NCBI GenBank assembly: GCA_045660565.1 | Contig: JAZRDX010000180.1 | Coordinates: 1-39,641, forward strand | Direction: 5' to 3' | Length of the DNA: 39,641 nucleotides | DNA from: Eubacteriales bacterium | GTDB taxonomy: Bacteria > Bacillota > Clostridia > Oscillospirales > CAG-272 | In this document: positions 27,074 through 37,360 of the stretch, piece by piece | How positions within the stretch are numbered: the first letter of the stretch is position 1 | How the letters are laid out: each line of letters begins with the position of its first letter | Program-made: the position numbers and the translations under genes | Notes under the pieces: model-generated | What the model saw: the letters and a program-made list of their open reading frames with translations, nothing else | Told to the model about the DNA's origin: nothing | Databases searched by the model: none

Positions 27074-30000
27074 ATGGCGGAAAAAACACTTCGCGAGCTG
27101 CTGAAAAGATACGAGCCGTCCTCGCTTCAGGGCGAGATAATCGACTCGGCAGGGAAATATACCTGTAAAGTGGACAAGCAGCGTAAAATAATGATAATAA
27201 AAGCCGATTTCCCGAGAATATATAAAAAAGCGGATATAAGACGGCTTGAAAACGAGATAAGAGTAGCTTACGGACTTAACTTCGTTCACGTCATTACCCA
27301 CTACGGAAAAGAATTTTTCAGGGATAATTACATAGACGAGCTTATGCAGGAGCTTGAATTCAGAAGTGCTGTCGCAAAGGGCTTTTTCTACGATTACGAC
27401 TATACTGTCGATAATGCAAATAACCGCGTAGAAATCAGAATAGGGTTTTCAAACGGAAGCATAGGTATTATGTATGACGAAAGAACTCCGATTATCGCTT
27501 CTGAAATTTTAAAGGACGAGTTTGACCTCGATTACAAGTTCGATATAATAAGAGACAGCGGAAAAGCGGAGAAGCTTCAAAGCAGAATGAATGAAATCCG
27601 CCGTAACGCGGAAGCTTCGGAGATACACGTAACGGCTACCGTGCCCGAAAGCGCGTCGGTAATGAAAAGCTGTCTCGGAACGAGAATGATTGGCGAAAAT
27701 ACGGTAGACAGCGGTAAAATGCGCTTTGATATAGGCGAGCGCACACTTATTTTCGGAGACGAATGTGAAATAAACGGCTTTGACGATATAGATAAGTCGG
27801 GAGTGCTTGACAGAAAGATAAAAACGCTTATAGGAAAGCTTTTCCCTATGGAAAGCAAGGAGGTCGGCAGAGGAAAAAAGCTTATTCTTTCCTTTGGTAT
27901 AACCAATAACGAGGCGTCTCTCCCCTGTAAGCTTGTAATGGAGATAGGAGAGGGTAAAAAGCTTTTCGATACTATTTCCGGTTGCCCCTACGTCATTATG
28001 AGAGGACTTATGGTCGAGGACAAGTTTTCAGGCGGAAACGAATTCCAGCCGTACACTCTTTACGAGGTGAAATCGCTTCCGACAAGAAAGGATAACGCCG
28101 AAAAGAAAAGGGTAGAGCTTCATCTCCATACCCAGCTTTCGCAGATGGACGCGCTTTCCGAGCCAAAGGCGGTGCTTAAGCTTGCAAAAGCGTTCGGACA
28201 CCCCGCGGTGGCGATAACCGACCATTCAAACCTTCAGGCATTTCCCCCCGCTATGGAATCGCTTAAAAAAATAGGTGGCGGAATAAAGATTTTATACGGA
28301 GTTGAGGTATATCTCGTTCACGATACCGCAAAGGCGGTTTTCGGAGATAAGGAATGTTCGCTCAGCGACGAGTTCACAGTATTCGATATAGAAACGACCG
28401 GACTTTCCTCGGTTACCGATAAAATCATCGAGATAGGCGCGGTAAGATGTAAGGACGGAAAGATCATAGATAAATTCGACACCTTTGTCGATCCCGAAAT
28501 GCCGATTCCCGATGAGATAGTAAAGCTTACCTCTATTACCGATGAAATGGTAAGCGGTGCGCCGAAGATAAAGGAAGCGCTTACTAAATTCCTTGAGTTT
28601 TGCGGCGACACAATGCTCGTCGCGCATAACGCGTCATTTGATACCGGCTTTATTCGTACAGCGTGCAATAAGTGCGACCTTCCGTTTAAGGCTACCTACC
28701 TTGATACGCTTGCAATGTCGAGATTTGTCAACGACGATCTGAAAAAGCATAATCTTGACGCGTTAAAGGAATACTTTAAGCTTCCCGATTTCCACCATCA
28801 CAGAGCGTCGGACGACGCGGAGATAACGGCGGAAATATTCCACCGTATGGTACTAAAGCTTAAAGAGGACGGAATAACCGATATAGCGTCAATGTCAAGA
28901 ACCATGGCAGACCGCTCCGATCCTAAAAAAATAAAGAACACTTATCACTGCATACTGCTCGCCAAAACGCAGGCAGGACTTAAAAATCTGTATAAAATAG
29001 TTTCAAAGAGCTATCTTGATTATTATTACTATAACGCCCGTGTGCCGAAAACACTGCTTAACGAATACCGTGAGGGTATTATAGTCGGTTCGGCGTGCGA
29101 GGCTGGAGAGCTTTTTAAGGCGGTAGTTGAAAATAAGCCCGACGAGGAGCTTAAAAAGATAGCGGAGTATTACGATTATCTTGAAATACAGCCGCTTTGT
29201 AATAACGCGTTTATGGTAGCAAAGGCTGAGGACGGAAAATATCCGCCGCTCGGTGATTACAGTGCGGAGGGCTTTGAAACGCTCCGTAACTTCAACCGTA
29301 AGATAGTGGCGCTCGGAGAAGAGCTCGGAAAGCCGGTCTGCGCAACCTGCGACTCGCATTTCCTTAACCCCGAGGACGAGATATACCGTCAGATACTTAA
29401 CCACGGCAAATATGCCGACGCGGACAGAGATACCGGACTTTATTTCAGAACCACCGAGGAGATGTTAAAGGAATTTGACTATCTCGGAGAAGAAAAAGCA
29501 TACGAGGTCGTTGTTGAAAACACGAACCTTATCGCCGATATGATTGACGGTGATATTCTTCCGATCCCGAAAGGAAGCTATACCCCTAAGATAGAGGGAG
29601 CACCCGAGGAGCTTCAGGAGATATGCTGGAAGCGTGCGCACGAATGGTACGGAGACGTGCTTCCGAAGGTCGTTGAGGACAGGCTTAACAGAGAGCTTAC
29701 CCCGATTATAGATAACGGCTTTGCCGTTCTTTATATGATCGCCCAGAAGCTTATAGCAAACAGCGAAAGTAAGGGATACCTCGTCGGTTCAAGAGGCTCG
29801 GTCGGCTCGTCCTTCGTTGCGACTATGGCGGGTGTGTCTGAGGTTAACCCCCTGCCCCCCCATTATCGTTGCCCGAAATGCCGTAACAGCGAATTCTTTA
29901 TGCACGGCGAGGTAGGCTCCGGCTTTGACCTTCCCGATAAGGACTGTCCGATATGCGGAACGAGATATATCTGCGACGGACACGAGATACCGTTTGAAAC

Positions 30001-31453
30001 CTTCCTCGGCTTTAAGGGTGAAAAATCGCCCGATATTGACCTTAACTTTTCGGGAGACGTTCAGGCGGACGCACATAAATACTGCGAGGTTCTTTTCGGT
30101 GCGGAAAACGTTTTCCGAGCCGGAACGCTCGGCTCCCTTGCCGATAAGACTGCTTTCGGTTTTGTCAAAAAGTATATGGAGGAGACGGGTAAAAACCTCA
30201 ATAAAGCGGAGGCGCAGCGCCTCGCGAACGGTTGCGTAGGAGTAAAGCGAACAACGGGACAGCACCCCGGAGGAATAGTCGTTATTCCGCACGAATACGA
30301 GATATACGACTTCACCCCCGTCCAGCACCCTGCGGACGATCCCAACTCCAGCATTGTTACTACCCATTTCGACTTTAACCATCTGCACGATACCATACTT
30401 AAGCTTGACTGTCTCGGACACGATGTGCCGACCAAGTACGTCTACATGGAGCGCTTTTCCGGAGTGAAAATTGCGGATATACCCATGAACGACAGAAAGG
30501 TCTACGATTTACTTTTAACACCTGAACCGCTCGGAGTAACCCCCGAGGAGATAGATTCGGAAACGGGAACGTTCGGACTTCCCGAGCTCGGCACGTCATT
30601 CGTTCGTCAGATGCTTATTGACGCACAGCCTAAGACCTTTTCCGACCTGCTTCACATCTCGGGACTTTCTCACGGAACGGGAGTTTGGCTCGGTAACGCG
30701 AAGGATTTAATAGCAAACGGAACCTGTACCATTTCAGAATGTGTCGGAACGCGAGACTCTATAATGGTTTACCTTATCCATGCGGGGCTTCCGCCGGGAG
30801 ACGCGTTTAATATAATGGAGACGGTACGTAAAAAGAATAAATTCTTATCCCCTGAGCAGATCGCGATAATGCGTGAGCACAACGTCCCCGAATGGTACAT
30901 AGATTCCTGTAACAAGATAGAATACATGTTCCCGAAGGCGCACGCGGTCGCTTACGATATTTCCGCGATAAGACTCGGCTGGTATAAGGTTTACTATCCG
31001 GTAGCCTTCTATGCCGCGATGTTTACCGTCGCTCCGGGAGGCTTTGACGGAGAGATAGCCATTCGCGGAAAGGAATACGTTAGAAATCAGATAAAAGAGA
31101 TAAATGATAAGGGAAAAGAGGCTACGGCAGCGGAAAAGGATATGATTCCGATATGGCAGCTCGTAGTTGAATTTTACGCGAGAGGCTTCAGCTTCCTGCC
31201 CGTTGACCTTTATAAATCGAAAGCTAAGATTTTCCAGCCCGACGGAGACAGAATAAGAATACCGTTCTCGGTGCTTCCGGGACTCGGCGTCAAGGCGGCG
31301 GAAAGTATAGAAGCCGTTGCGGCTGAGGGAGAGATACTCTCAATAGAGGAGCTTGCGCAGAAGAGCAAGATTTCCAAAACTCATATTGAGATACTTAAGA
31401 GAAACCACGTCCTTGACGGTCTTAACGATACCAACCAGATGAGGTTTTTCTAA
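27074..31453 (+). CDS. polC: DNA polymerase III PolC
   Basis: PHP domain (ELHLHT, ITDH), embedded DEDDh exonuclease (FDIETTG, AHNASFD, HRASDDA), GSRGSVGSS, Zn finger, PDIDLNFS, YMFPKAHA. Confidence 0.98.
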   Translation: MAEKTLRELLKRYEPSSLQGEIIDSAGKYTCKVDKQRKIMIIKADFPRIYKKADIRRLENEIRVAYGLNFVHVITHYGKEFFRDNYIDELMQELEFRSAVAKGFFYDYDYTVDNANNRVEIRIGFSNGSIGIMYDERTPIIASEILKDEFDLDYKFDIIRDSGKAEKLQSRMNEIRRNAEASEIHVTATVPESASVMKSCLGTRMIGENTVDSGKMRFDIGERTLIFGDECEINGFDDIDKSGVLDRKIKTLIGKLFPMESKEVGRGKKLILSFGITNNEASLPCKLVMEIGEGKKLFDTISGCPYVIMRGLMVEDKFSGGNEFQPYTLYEVKSLPTRKDNAEKKRVELHLHTQLSQMDALSEPKAVLKLAKAFGHPAVAITDHSNLQAFPPAMESLKKIGGGIKILYGVEVYLVHDTAKAVFGDKECSLSDEFTVFDIETTGLSSVTDKIIEIGAVRCKDGKIIDKFDTFVDPEMPIPDEIVKLTSITDEMVSGAPKIKEALTKFLEFCGDTMLVAHNASFDTGFIRTACNKCDLPFKATYLDTLAMSRFVNDDLKKHNLDALKEYFKLPDFHHHRASDDAEITAEIFHRMVLKLKEDGITDIASMSRTMADRSDPKKIKNTYHCILLAKTQAGLKNLYKIVSKSYLDYYYYNARVPKTLLNEYREGIIVGSACEAGELFKAVVENKPDEELKKIAEYYDYLEIQPLCNNAFMVAKAEDGKYPPLGDYSAEGFETLRNFNRKIVALGEELGKPVCATCDSHFLNPEDEIYRQILNHGKYADADRDTGLYFRTTEEMLKEFDYLGEEKAYEVVVENTNLIADMIDGDILPIPKGSYTPKIEGAPEELQEICWKRAHEWYGDVLPKVVEDRLNRELTPIIDNGFAVLYMIAQKLIANSESKGYLVGSRGSVGSSFVATMAGVSEVNPLPPHYRCPKCRNSEFFMHGEVGSGFDLPDKDCPICGTRYICDGHEIPFETFLGFKGEKSPDIDLNFSGDVQADAHKYCEVLFGAENVFRAGTLGSLADKTAFGFVKKYMEETGKNLNKAEAQRLANGCVGVKRTTGQHPGGIVVIPHEYEIYDFTPVQHPADDPNSSIVTTHFDFNHLHDTILKLDCLGHDVPTKYVYMERFSGVKIADIPMNDRKVYDLLLTPEPLGVTPEEIDSETGTFGLPELGTSFVRQMLIDAQPKTFSDLLHISGLSHGTGVWLGNAKDLIANGTCTISECVGTRDSIMVYLIHAGLPPGDAFNIMETVRKKNKFLSPEQIAIMREHNVPEWYIDSCNKIEYMFPKAHAVAYDISAIRLGWYKVYYPVAFYAAMFTVAPGGFDGEIAIRGKEYVRNQIKEINDKGKEATAAEKDMIPIWQLVVEFYARGFSFLPVDLYKSKAKIFQPDGDRIRIPFSVLPGLGVKAAESIEAVAAEGEILSIEELAQKSKISKTHIEILKRNHVLDGLNDTNQMRFF

Positions 31454-31484
31454 GAATTAAAACATAGGATAAATCCAGAAAACA

Positions 31485-31590
31485 TCCTCTCCGTCAACCT
31501 TTGGTTGCCGCCCCCACGGTGGGAGACTTAGGCTCTCCGCATTGGGAGTAAGTCAGCTTCGCAGACTGCTCCGCGAAGCGGTGAGAGGGA
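31485..31590. repeat. Degenerate folded intergenic element with CCTCTC/GAGAGG ends
   Basis: Terminal inverted repeat TCCTCTC..GAGAGGGA enclosing CAACCTTTGGTTG, CCCAC-G-GTGGG and GCTTCGC..GCGAAGC hairpins. Confidence 0.55.
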
Positions 31591-31648
31591 ATTACTAAGG
31601 CGGATTTAAAGTAAGCCTTATAAAAATTTTAATATATGGGAGACAGAT

Positions 31649-32800
31649 ATGTCCGGAAATATAAGAAATATACCAAACGGAACAAGAGATATAATGTTCG
31701 AGGAAGCGGAGCTTTTCAGAAGCCTTGAGAGAAGACTTAGCGAGCTTTACGTTAAAAGAGGGTTTGCCGAGATAATGACACCAGCTATCGAATATTATGA
31801 CGTTTTTGAAACGGCAAGTACGATGTCGCAGGAGGAGATGTACAAGCTTACCTCTCCCGACGGACGTCTTTTAGTGCTTCGCGCGGATAACACCACACCG
31901 ATAGCGAGAGCGGCGGCGTCAAGACTTTCGGAGCATATTCCGACAAAGCTCTTTTATCACCAGAAGGTTTACAGACTCAGCTACGGAAATAAGGGAAGAA
32001 AGAGCGAGATAGCGCAGAGCGGAGTTGAAATACTCGGCTGCGGCGGACTTCAGAGCGACCTTGTCTGCCTTATTACCGCTATTGAAACTCTGTCAAAGGT
32101 AAGCGATGACTACAAGCTTGAGCTTGGACACGTAGGCTTTTATAACGCGCTTATCTCCGAATGCTCCCTTGAAGAGGGTGAGGCGGAAAAAATAAGACGT
32201 CTCGTAGAAGCAAAAGACGTAAATAAGATTTCCGGACTTGACGCAATAAAGAAGATCCCGTTCCTTTTTGGAGGCGAGGAGGTCTTTAAGGAGGCGGAAA
32301 AGCTCGCCAACGGTAACGAAAAGGCTATGGCGGCGCTTTCTTATCTTGAAAAGCTGTACGGAGCGCTCTGCACAGCAGGATATAAGGATAAAATTATGAT
32401 CGACCTCGGAATAGTTCATTCCCTTGACTACTACACGGGCTGCGTTTTCAGAGGATATATGGACGGAGCGGGCGAACCCGTTCTCGCGGGCGGAAGATAC
32501 GATACGCTTATCAGTAAGTTTGCAAGCGACATTCCCGCAACAGGCTTCGGTGTGAATATCAGCGAGATAGCCGAAACGCTTATCCGCAAATCTGCTCCCG
32601 AAAAGAAGAACATCGGAGAGCTCGTGGCTTTTGATGAAATCAGCTTCGGAGACGCGCTTGACTACGTAAATACCGTAAGCGGTGCCGTTCTGTCTCATAT
32701 AAGCGGAGAAAAGGAAAACCTTGAATACGCGGTGAAGAACGGAGCAGAGGCGCTTGTTGTTTTTGAAAACGGTGAAAAGAAAGTAATCGGACTGAAGTAA
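31649..32800 (+). CDS. hisZ: ATP phosphoribosyltransferase regulatory subunit
   Basis: PNGTRD, TPAIEYYDVF, LRADNTTPIAR, QSGVE, YYTG, GGRYD; precedes a short hisG. Confidence 0.95.
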   Translation: MSGNIRNIPNGTRDIMFEEAELFRSLERRLSELYVKRGFAEIMTPAIEYYDVFETASTMSQEEMYKLTSPDGRLLVLRADNTTPIARAAASRLSEHIPTKLFYHQKVYRLSYGNKGRKSEIAQSGVEILGCGGLQSDLVCLITAIETLSKVSDDYKLELGHVGFYNALISECSLEEGEAEKIRRLVEAKDVNKISGLDAIKKIPFLFGGEEVFKEAEKLANGNEKAMAALSYLEKLYGALCTAGYKDKIMIDLGIVHSLDYYTGCVFRGYMDGAGEPVLAGGRYDTLISKFASDIPATGFGVNISEIAETLIRKSAPEKKNIGELVAFDEISFGDALDYVNTVSGAVLSHISGEKENLEYAVKNGAEALVVFENGEKKVIGLK

Positions 32801-32835
32801 AATAAATCTAAATTCCGCAGAGAGGAAAAAGAAAA

Positions 32836-33483
32836 ATGTTAAGACTTGCTCTTACAAAAGGAAGAATTGAGAAAAAGGCTCTTGAATATCTCGCAAAAGC
32901 GGGATACGACGTATCGGAGCTTGACGAAGATAAAAAGGGAAGAAAGCTGCTTTTTAAAGTAGGCGATAATATCGAGGTGGTGCTTGCAAAGGCGGCGGAC
33001 GTTATAACCTACGTTGAACACGGAGTATGCGACGGCGGTATAGTCGGAGAAGATACCATAATGGAGGCTAAGGCTTCGATATACGAGCTCCTTGACCTTG
33101 AGTTTGGTAAATGCCGTTTCGCGCTTGCGGGAATAAAGGGAAAGAACTTTTATGACGGATACGGACATAAGATAATCGCATCGAAATATCCGAGCGTTAC
33201 AAAGGATTACTTTGACGGCAAGGGTGTTGACGTTGAGGTTGTTAAAATTGAGGGAAGCGTCGAGCTTGCCCCTATTCTTAAGCTTTCCGACGCGATAGTT
33301 GATATAGTTGAAACGGGTTCAACGCTTAAGGCTAACGGACTTGAGGTTTACGAGGACGTCGCACAGATTTCCGCAAGATTTATCGCAAATATTTCAAGTA
33401 TAAAGATGAAAAAAGCGGAATTTGATACGCTTATAGGCGCGCTCGGCGAGGTCGTTAAGTCGGAGAGAAAAGAAAACGCTTAA
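32836..33483 (+). CDS. hisG: ATP phosphoribosyltransferase (short form)
   Basis: ALTKGRI, DVITYVEHG, GSVELAP..DAIVDIVETGSTLKANGL. Confidence 0.97.
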   Translation: MLRLALTKGRIEKKALEYLAKAGYDVSELDEDKKGRKLLFKVGDNIEVVLAKAADVITYVEHGVCDGGIVGEDTIMEAKASIYELLDLEFGKCRFALAGIKGKNFYDGYGHKIIASKYPSVTKDYFDGKGVDVEVVKIEGSVELAPILKLSDAIVDIVETGSTLKANGLEVYEDVAQISARFIANISSIKMKKAEFDTLIGALGEVVKSERKENA

Positions 33484-33564
33484 GGCTTTAGCTTAGGCTT
33501 TGTTTAATAAAAAGGAACGTTTAAAATTTGTATGCTGCCATGTTGGCAGCAGATTGGAGAAAAA

Positions 33565-34836
33565 ATGTTTAAGGTTTATACAAAGGAAACCGTAGGCTCT
33601 CTTATTGAGCTTTTAAAGAAAAGAGCCGACAGCGATAACGCTGAGGTTGAAAAGATAGTTAAAGGTATTCTCGCCGAGGTTAAGCAAAACGGAGATAAGG
33701 CGCTTTTTGAATACAGCGAAAAGATAGATAAGGTAAAGCTTTCATCGCTTAGAATAAGTGATGAAGAAAAAGCGGAGGCGATAGCTAAGGTTCCCGCAGA
33801 GCTTAAAGAGGCAATGAAGCGCGCGGCTGATAACATCTTCGCTTTCCACGAAAAGCAGAAGACGCAGAGCTGGATCGATAACAGAGACGGAAAGATAATG
33901 GGACAGCGCGTCCTTCCGCTTAAAAGAGTTGGACTTTACGTTCCCGGCGGTACGGCGGCATACCCCTCGTCCGTTCTTATGAACGCAATACCGGCAAAGG
34001 TGGCGGGTGTTGAAAGCATCGTAATGGTAACACCCCCGAAGGCAGAGGGAATTAACCCAGCAGTTATATATGCGGCACAGCTCGCAGGTGTTGAGGATAT
34101 AGTAACGGTCGGAGGCGCGCAGGCGGTAGCGGCTCTTGCTTACGGAACGGAAAGCATACCGCAGGTTGACAAAATCGTTGGACCGGGTAATATATTCGTT
34201 GCCACGGCAAAGAGACTTGTAGCGGGCACCGTTGATATAGATATGTTTGCGGGACCGAGCGAGGTTCTGGTTATTGCCGATGAAAAGGCTAACCCCGCTT
34301 ACGTAGCGGCTGACTTTATGAGCCAGGCGGAGCACGATCCGATAGCGGCTTCAATACTTGTAACCACGTCCGAAAAGCTCGTTAATGACGTTCAGGCAGA
34401 GATAGAAAAACAGCTTACATACCTTTCGAGAGCGGAGATAATCAAAAAGTCTCTCGCGTCTTACGGCTCGGCGGTAATAATGGATAACCTTGACGAGGCG
34501 GCGGAAATTTCCGATAAGATAGCTCCCGAGCATCTTGAGCTTATGGTAGAAAATCCCTTCGAGCTTCTCGGAAAGGTGAGAAACGCAGGCTCTGTATTCC
34601 TCGGAGAAAACTCTCCCGAGCCGCTCGGAGACTACTACGCGGGACCTAACCACGTTCTGCCCACGAACGGAACGGCGAGATTTTCCTCGGCGCTTTCGGT
34701 TGATAGCTTCGTAAAGAAATCAAGCTATCTCTACTATTCGAAGGAAGCACTTGCAAAGGCGGCAGACGATATTATAAGATTTGCAAAGGCGGAGGGACTT
34801 ACCGCTCACGCAAATTCCATAGAGGTAAGAAAATGA
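33565..34836 (+). CDS. hisD: Histidinol dehydrogenase
   Basis: [48 protein letters not shown]; ATG 33565 after GGAG. Confidence 0.97.
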   Translation: MFKVYTKETVGSLIELLKKRADSDNAEVEKIVKGILAEVKQNGDKALFEYSEKIDKVKLSSLRISDEEKAEAIAKVPAELKEAMKRAADNIFAFHEKQKTQSWIDNRDGKIMGQRVLPLKRVGLYVPGGTAAYPSSVLMNAIPAKVAGVESIVMVTPPKAEGINPAVIYAAQLAGVEDIVTVGGAQAVAALAYGTESIPQVDKIVGPGNIFVATAKRLVAGTVDIDMFAGPSEVLVIADEKANPAYVAADFMSQAEHDPIAASILVTTSEKLVNDVQAEIEKQLTYLSRAEIIKKSLASYGSAVIMDNLDEAAEISDKIAPEHLELMVENPFELLGKVRNAGSVFLGENSPEPLGDYYAGPNHVLPTNGTARFSSALSVDSFVKKSSYLYYSKEALAKAADDIIRFAKAEGLTAHANSIEVRK

Positions 34837-35891
34837 ATAAGCTGATACCCGAAAGAGTAGAACGTATGCAGGAATACATTCCCGATACGTCCTGCCCGAA
34901 AATAAAGCTTGACGCAAACGAGAGCCCGTATGAAACGCCCGAAAGCGTTATGAAAGCGATCGGCAAAGCGGTAAGCTTTGAGAATATAAACAGATACCCC
35001 GATCCCGATATGACCGAAATGCTTACCGCATACGGAAAATACGTCGGAGCGGAGAAGGAAAGACTTGTCGCGGGAGACGGCTCGGACGAGCTTATCGCGC
35101 TGATAATCAATACCTTTCTTGCCGATGGGGGTAAGATAGTTATATGCGAACCCGATTTTTCAATGTACCGCTTTTATTCCGAGTTTTCGGGACAAGAGAT
35201 AGTAAGCTACAAGAAAAAGGACGGAATGGATATAGATTTTACCGAGCTTACCGAGCTTTGCAAAAAGGAAAACGCGGGGCTTGTTATTATATCTAATCCG
35301 TGTAACCCGACGGGGGTTATGTACGACAGAAAAACGCTTCTTGACTTTACCGACAGCGTAGATGCGGTGGTGGTTATAGACGAGGCGTATATGGAGTTTT
35401 CCCGTAAGAACGAAAGCGTTATACCGGAAACCGCCGAAAAAAAGAATCTTATAGTCCTTAAAACGGTATCAAAAATAGGACTTGCGGGGCTTCGCTGCGG
35501 CTTTGCGGTATCGAACAGAGAGCTTATCTCGGCACTGAAAAAGACTAAAAGCCCGTACAATATGAACAGTATTACGCAGGCGGCGGTCGCGGCGGCGATG
35601 GGTGAGTTTTCGGCATTTCGGGAAAATATAGAAAAAATAAAGGACGGGGTAAGCTATCTTTACGGTGAGCTTAAGCCCCTTGAAGAAAAGCTCGGCTTTT
35701 CTCTCAGAGAAAGTAACGCAAACTTTGTTTTCTTACGCTTTGACAAAAAAGAGGACGGACTTAAGGTAGCGGAGCTTTTAAGAAAAAATGATATTTCGGT
35801 AAGGTTTACCGGCGGCGGTATGAGAATAACCGCGGGAAAACCCGAAGAGAACGAGGCTTTTGTAAAAGAATTTAAAAGCATTAGCTTATAA
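34833..35891 (+). CDS. hisC: Histidinol-phosphate aminotransferase
   Basis: LDANESP, NRYPD, GSDELI, NPCNPTG, DEAY, TVSK(PLP Lys)..GLAGLRCG. Confidence 0.93.
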   Translation: MNKLIPERVERMQEYIPDTSCPKIKLDANESPYETPESVMKAIGKAVSFENINRYPDPDMTEMLTAYGKYVGAEKERLVAGDGSDELIALIINTFLADGGKIVICEPDFSMYRFYSEFSGQEIVSYKKKDGMDIDFTELTELCKKENAGLVIISNPCNPTGVMYDRKTLLDFTDSVDAVVVIDEAYMEFSRKNESVIPETAEKKNLIVLKTVSKIGLAGLRCGFAVSNRELISALKKTKSPYNMNSITQAAVAAAMGEFSAFRENIEKIKDGVSYLYGELKPLEEKLGFSLRESNANFVFLRFDKKEDGLKVAELLRKNDISVRFTGGGMRITAGKPEENEAFVKEFKSISL

Positions 35892-35906
35892 TAAGGAGAA
35901 AATAAA

Positions 35907-36488
35907 ATGAGAACAGCGGAAAAGGTCAGAACCACAAAGGAAACGGATATAAAAATGTCGCTTACCCTTGACGCCGAAAAAGGTGGACTTAGCGGAAGCA
36001 GCGGCATCGGTTTTTTTGATCACATGTTAAATTCCTTCTGCGTACACGGCGGCTTTAACGTGAGTCTTGAAATGAAGGGAGACCTGCACGTTGACGGTCA
36101 TCACAGTGTAGAGGACGTCGGTATAGTTTTCGGCTCTCTTTTTGCCGAAGTGCTTAAGAATAAAGGCGGTATAAAACGCTTCGGTTTTTCCTATGTTCCT
36201 ATGGACGAGGCGCTCGCCTTTGCGGCTATCGACATAAGCGGCAGACCGTTCCTTGCTTATAACGTTCCGCTTACCGCGGCTACGGTAGGGGATTACGACG
36301 CCCAGCTTACTGAGGAATTTATGCGCGCGCTTGCGGTTAATATGGGTGCAACGCTCCACGTAAGACTTGAGTACGGTATTAACGAGCATCATATAACCGA
36401 AGCCGTTTATAAGGCTGTTGCGAGAGCGGTAAAGGAAGCGGTAGTACCGAACGGTGGCGGTGTTCTTTCGGCTAAGGGAGTGCTGTAA
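35907..36488 (+). CDS. hisB: Imidazoleglycerol-phosphate dehydratase
   Basis: RTTKETDI, GFFDHML, DGHHSVED, PMDE, NEHHITE. Confidence 0.97.
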   Translation: MRTAEKVRTTKETDIKMSLTLDAEKGGLSGSSGIGFFDHMLNSFCVHGGFNVSLEMKGDLHVDGHHSVEDVGIVFGSLFAEVLKNKGGIKRFGFSYVPMDEALAFAAIDISGRPFLAYNVPLTAATVGDYDAQLTEEFMRALAVNMGATLHVRLEYGINEHHITEAVYKAVARAVKEAVVPNGGGVLSAKGVL

Positions 36489-36495
36489 TTATATT

Positions 36496-36561
36496 AGTGA
36501 ATAATGAAAAATGAATAGTGAAGAATGAATAATTAATGTTGATTTTCGTAAAGCGAAAATC
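36496..36561 (+). repeat. Six tandem heptamers plus a hairpin
   Basis: AGTGAAT AATGAAA AATGAAT AGTGAAG AATGAAT AATTAAT (36496-36537), then GATTTTCG-TAAAG-CGAAAATC. Confidence 0.8.
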
Positions 36562-36643
36562 TTTGTTTGAAAGACTGCTGAGAGCATTCCGGCTTTCGGA
36601 CTTAAAACGAAATCACTTCACTAAAAAGCGGAGCAATTTTAAA

Positions 36644-37264
36644 ATGAAAAAAATAGGTATTATAGACTATGGAATGGGTAATCTCCATTCGGTAGAAAAC
36701 GCGCTTAAATATATAGGACTTTCGTCCTTCATTTCAAACGATAAAGCCGAGCTTTCACGCGCCGACGGACTTATACTGCCGGGCGTGGGTGCGTTTCCCG
36801 ACGCCATAGAGCTGCTAAGTAACCTTTCCTTTCCGCAGTTTATAAGAGAGGAAACGGCAAAAAAACCGCTTCTCGGCATCTGCCTCGGTATGCAGCTTCT
36901 TTTTGAAAAAAGCTACGAGTTTAAAGAGAGCGACGGGCTGGGGTACATAAAAGGAAGCGTAGTAAGACTTAAAGCGGGACAGACGGATAAAACCTACAAA
37001 ATTCCGCATATCGGATATAACGGGATAAAGAAGATCAACGGTTGCCCCCTGCTTGACGGTATCGACGACGGAACCTGCTTTTACTTCGTTCATTCGTATA
37101 TGGGCGAGTGCACTGACCGTGCGCAGCTTGTCGCAACCACGGAGTACGGAGAGGACGTAACGGCGATTGTAAGCAGCGGAAACGTTTACGGAACGCAGTT
37201 CCACCCCGAAAAAAGCGGAGAGGCGGGACTTACGCTTCTTAAAAACTTCGGGAAAATTCTTTAA
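36644..37264 (+). CDS. hisH: Imidazole glycerol phosphate synthase, glutaminase subunit
   Basis: IIDYGMGNL, LPGVGAF, GICLGMQ, YFVHSY, QFHPEKS; ATG 36644 after GGAG. Confidence 0.97.
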   Translation: MKKIGIIDYGMGNLHSVENALKYIGLSSFISNDKAELSRADGLILPGVGAFPDAIELLSNLSFPQFIREETAKKPLLGICLGMQLLFEKSYEFKESDGLGYIKGSVVRLKAGQTDKTYKIPHIGYNGIKKINGCPLLDGIDDGTCFYFVHSYMGECTDRAQLVATTEYGEDVTAIVSSGNVYGTQFHPEKSGEAGLTLLKNFGKIL

Positions 37265-37360
37265 GCGGTTTCCACTTTGAATTTGTGGTAACGGAAGTCG
37301 GATTAAAATAAATGAAAAAGCGCCGCAGGGAGATTTCACAGCGGCGGTACGGAGAGAAAA

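Noticed and set aside
27074-31453. Intein or extra domain in PolC
   Set aside because: 1459 aa is ordinary for PolC and the motifs are collinear; no intein splice motifs were seen.
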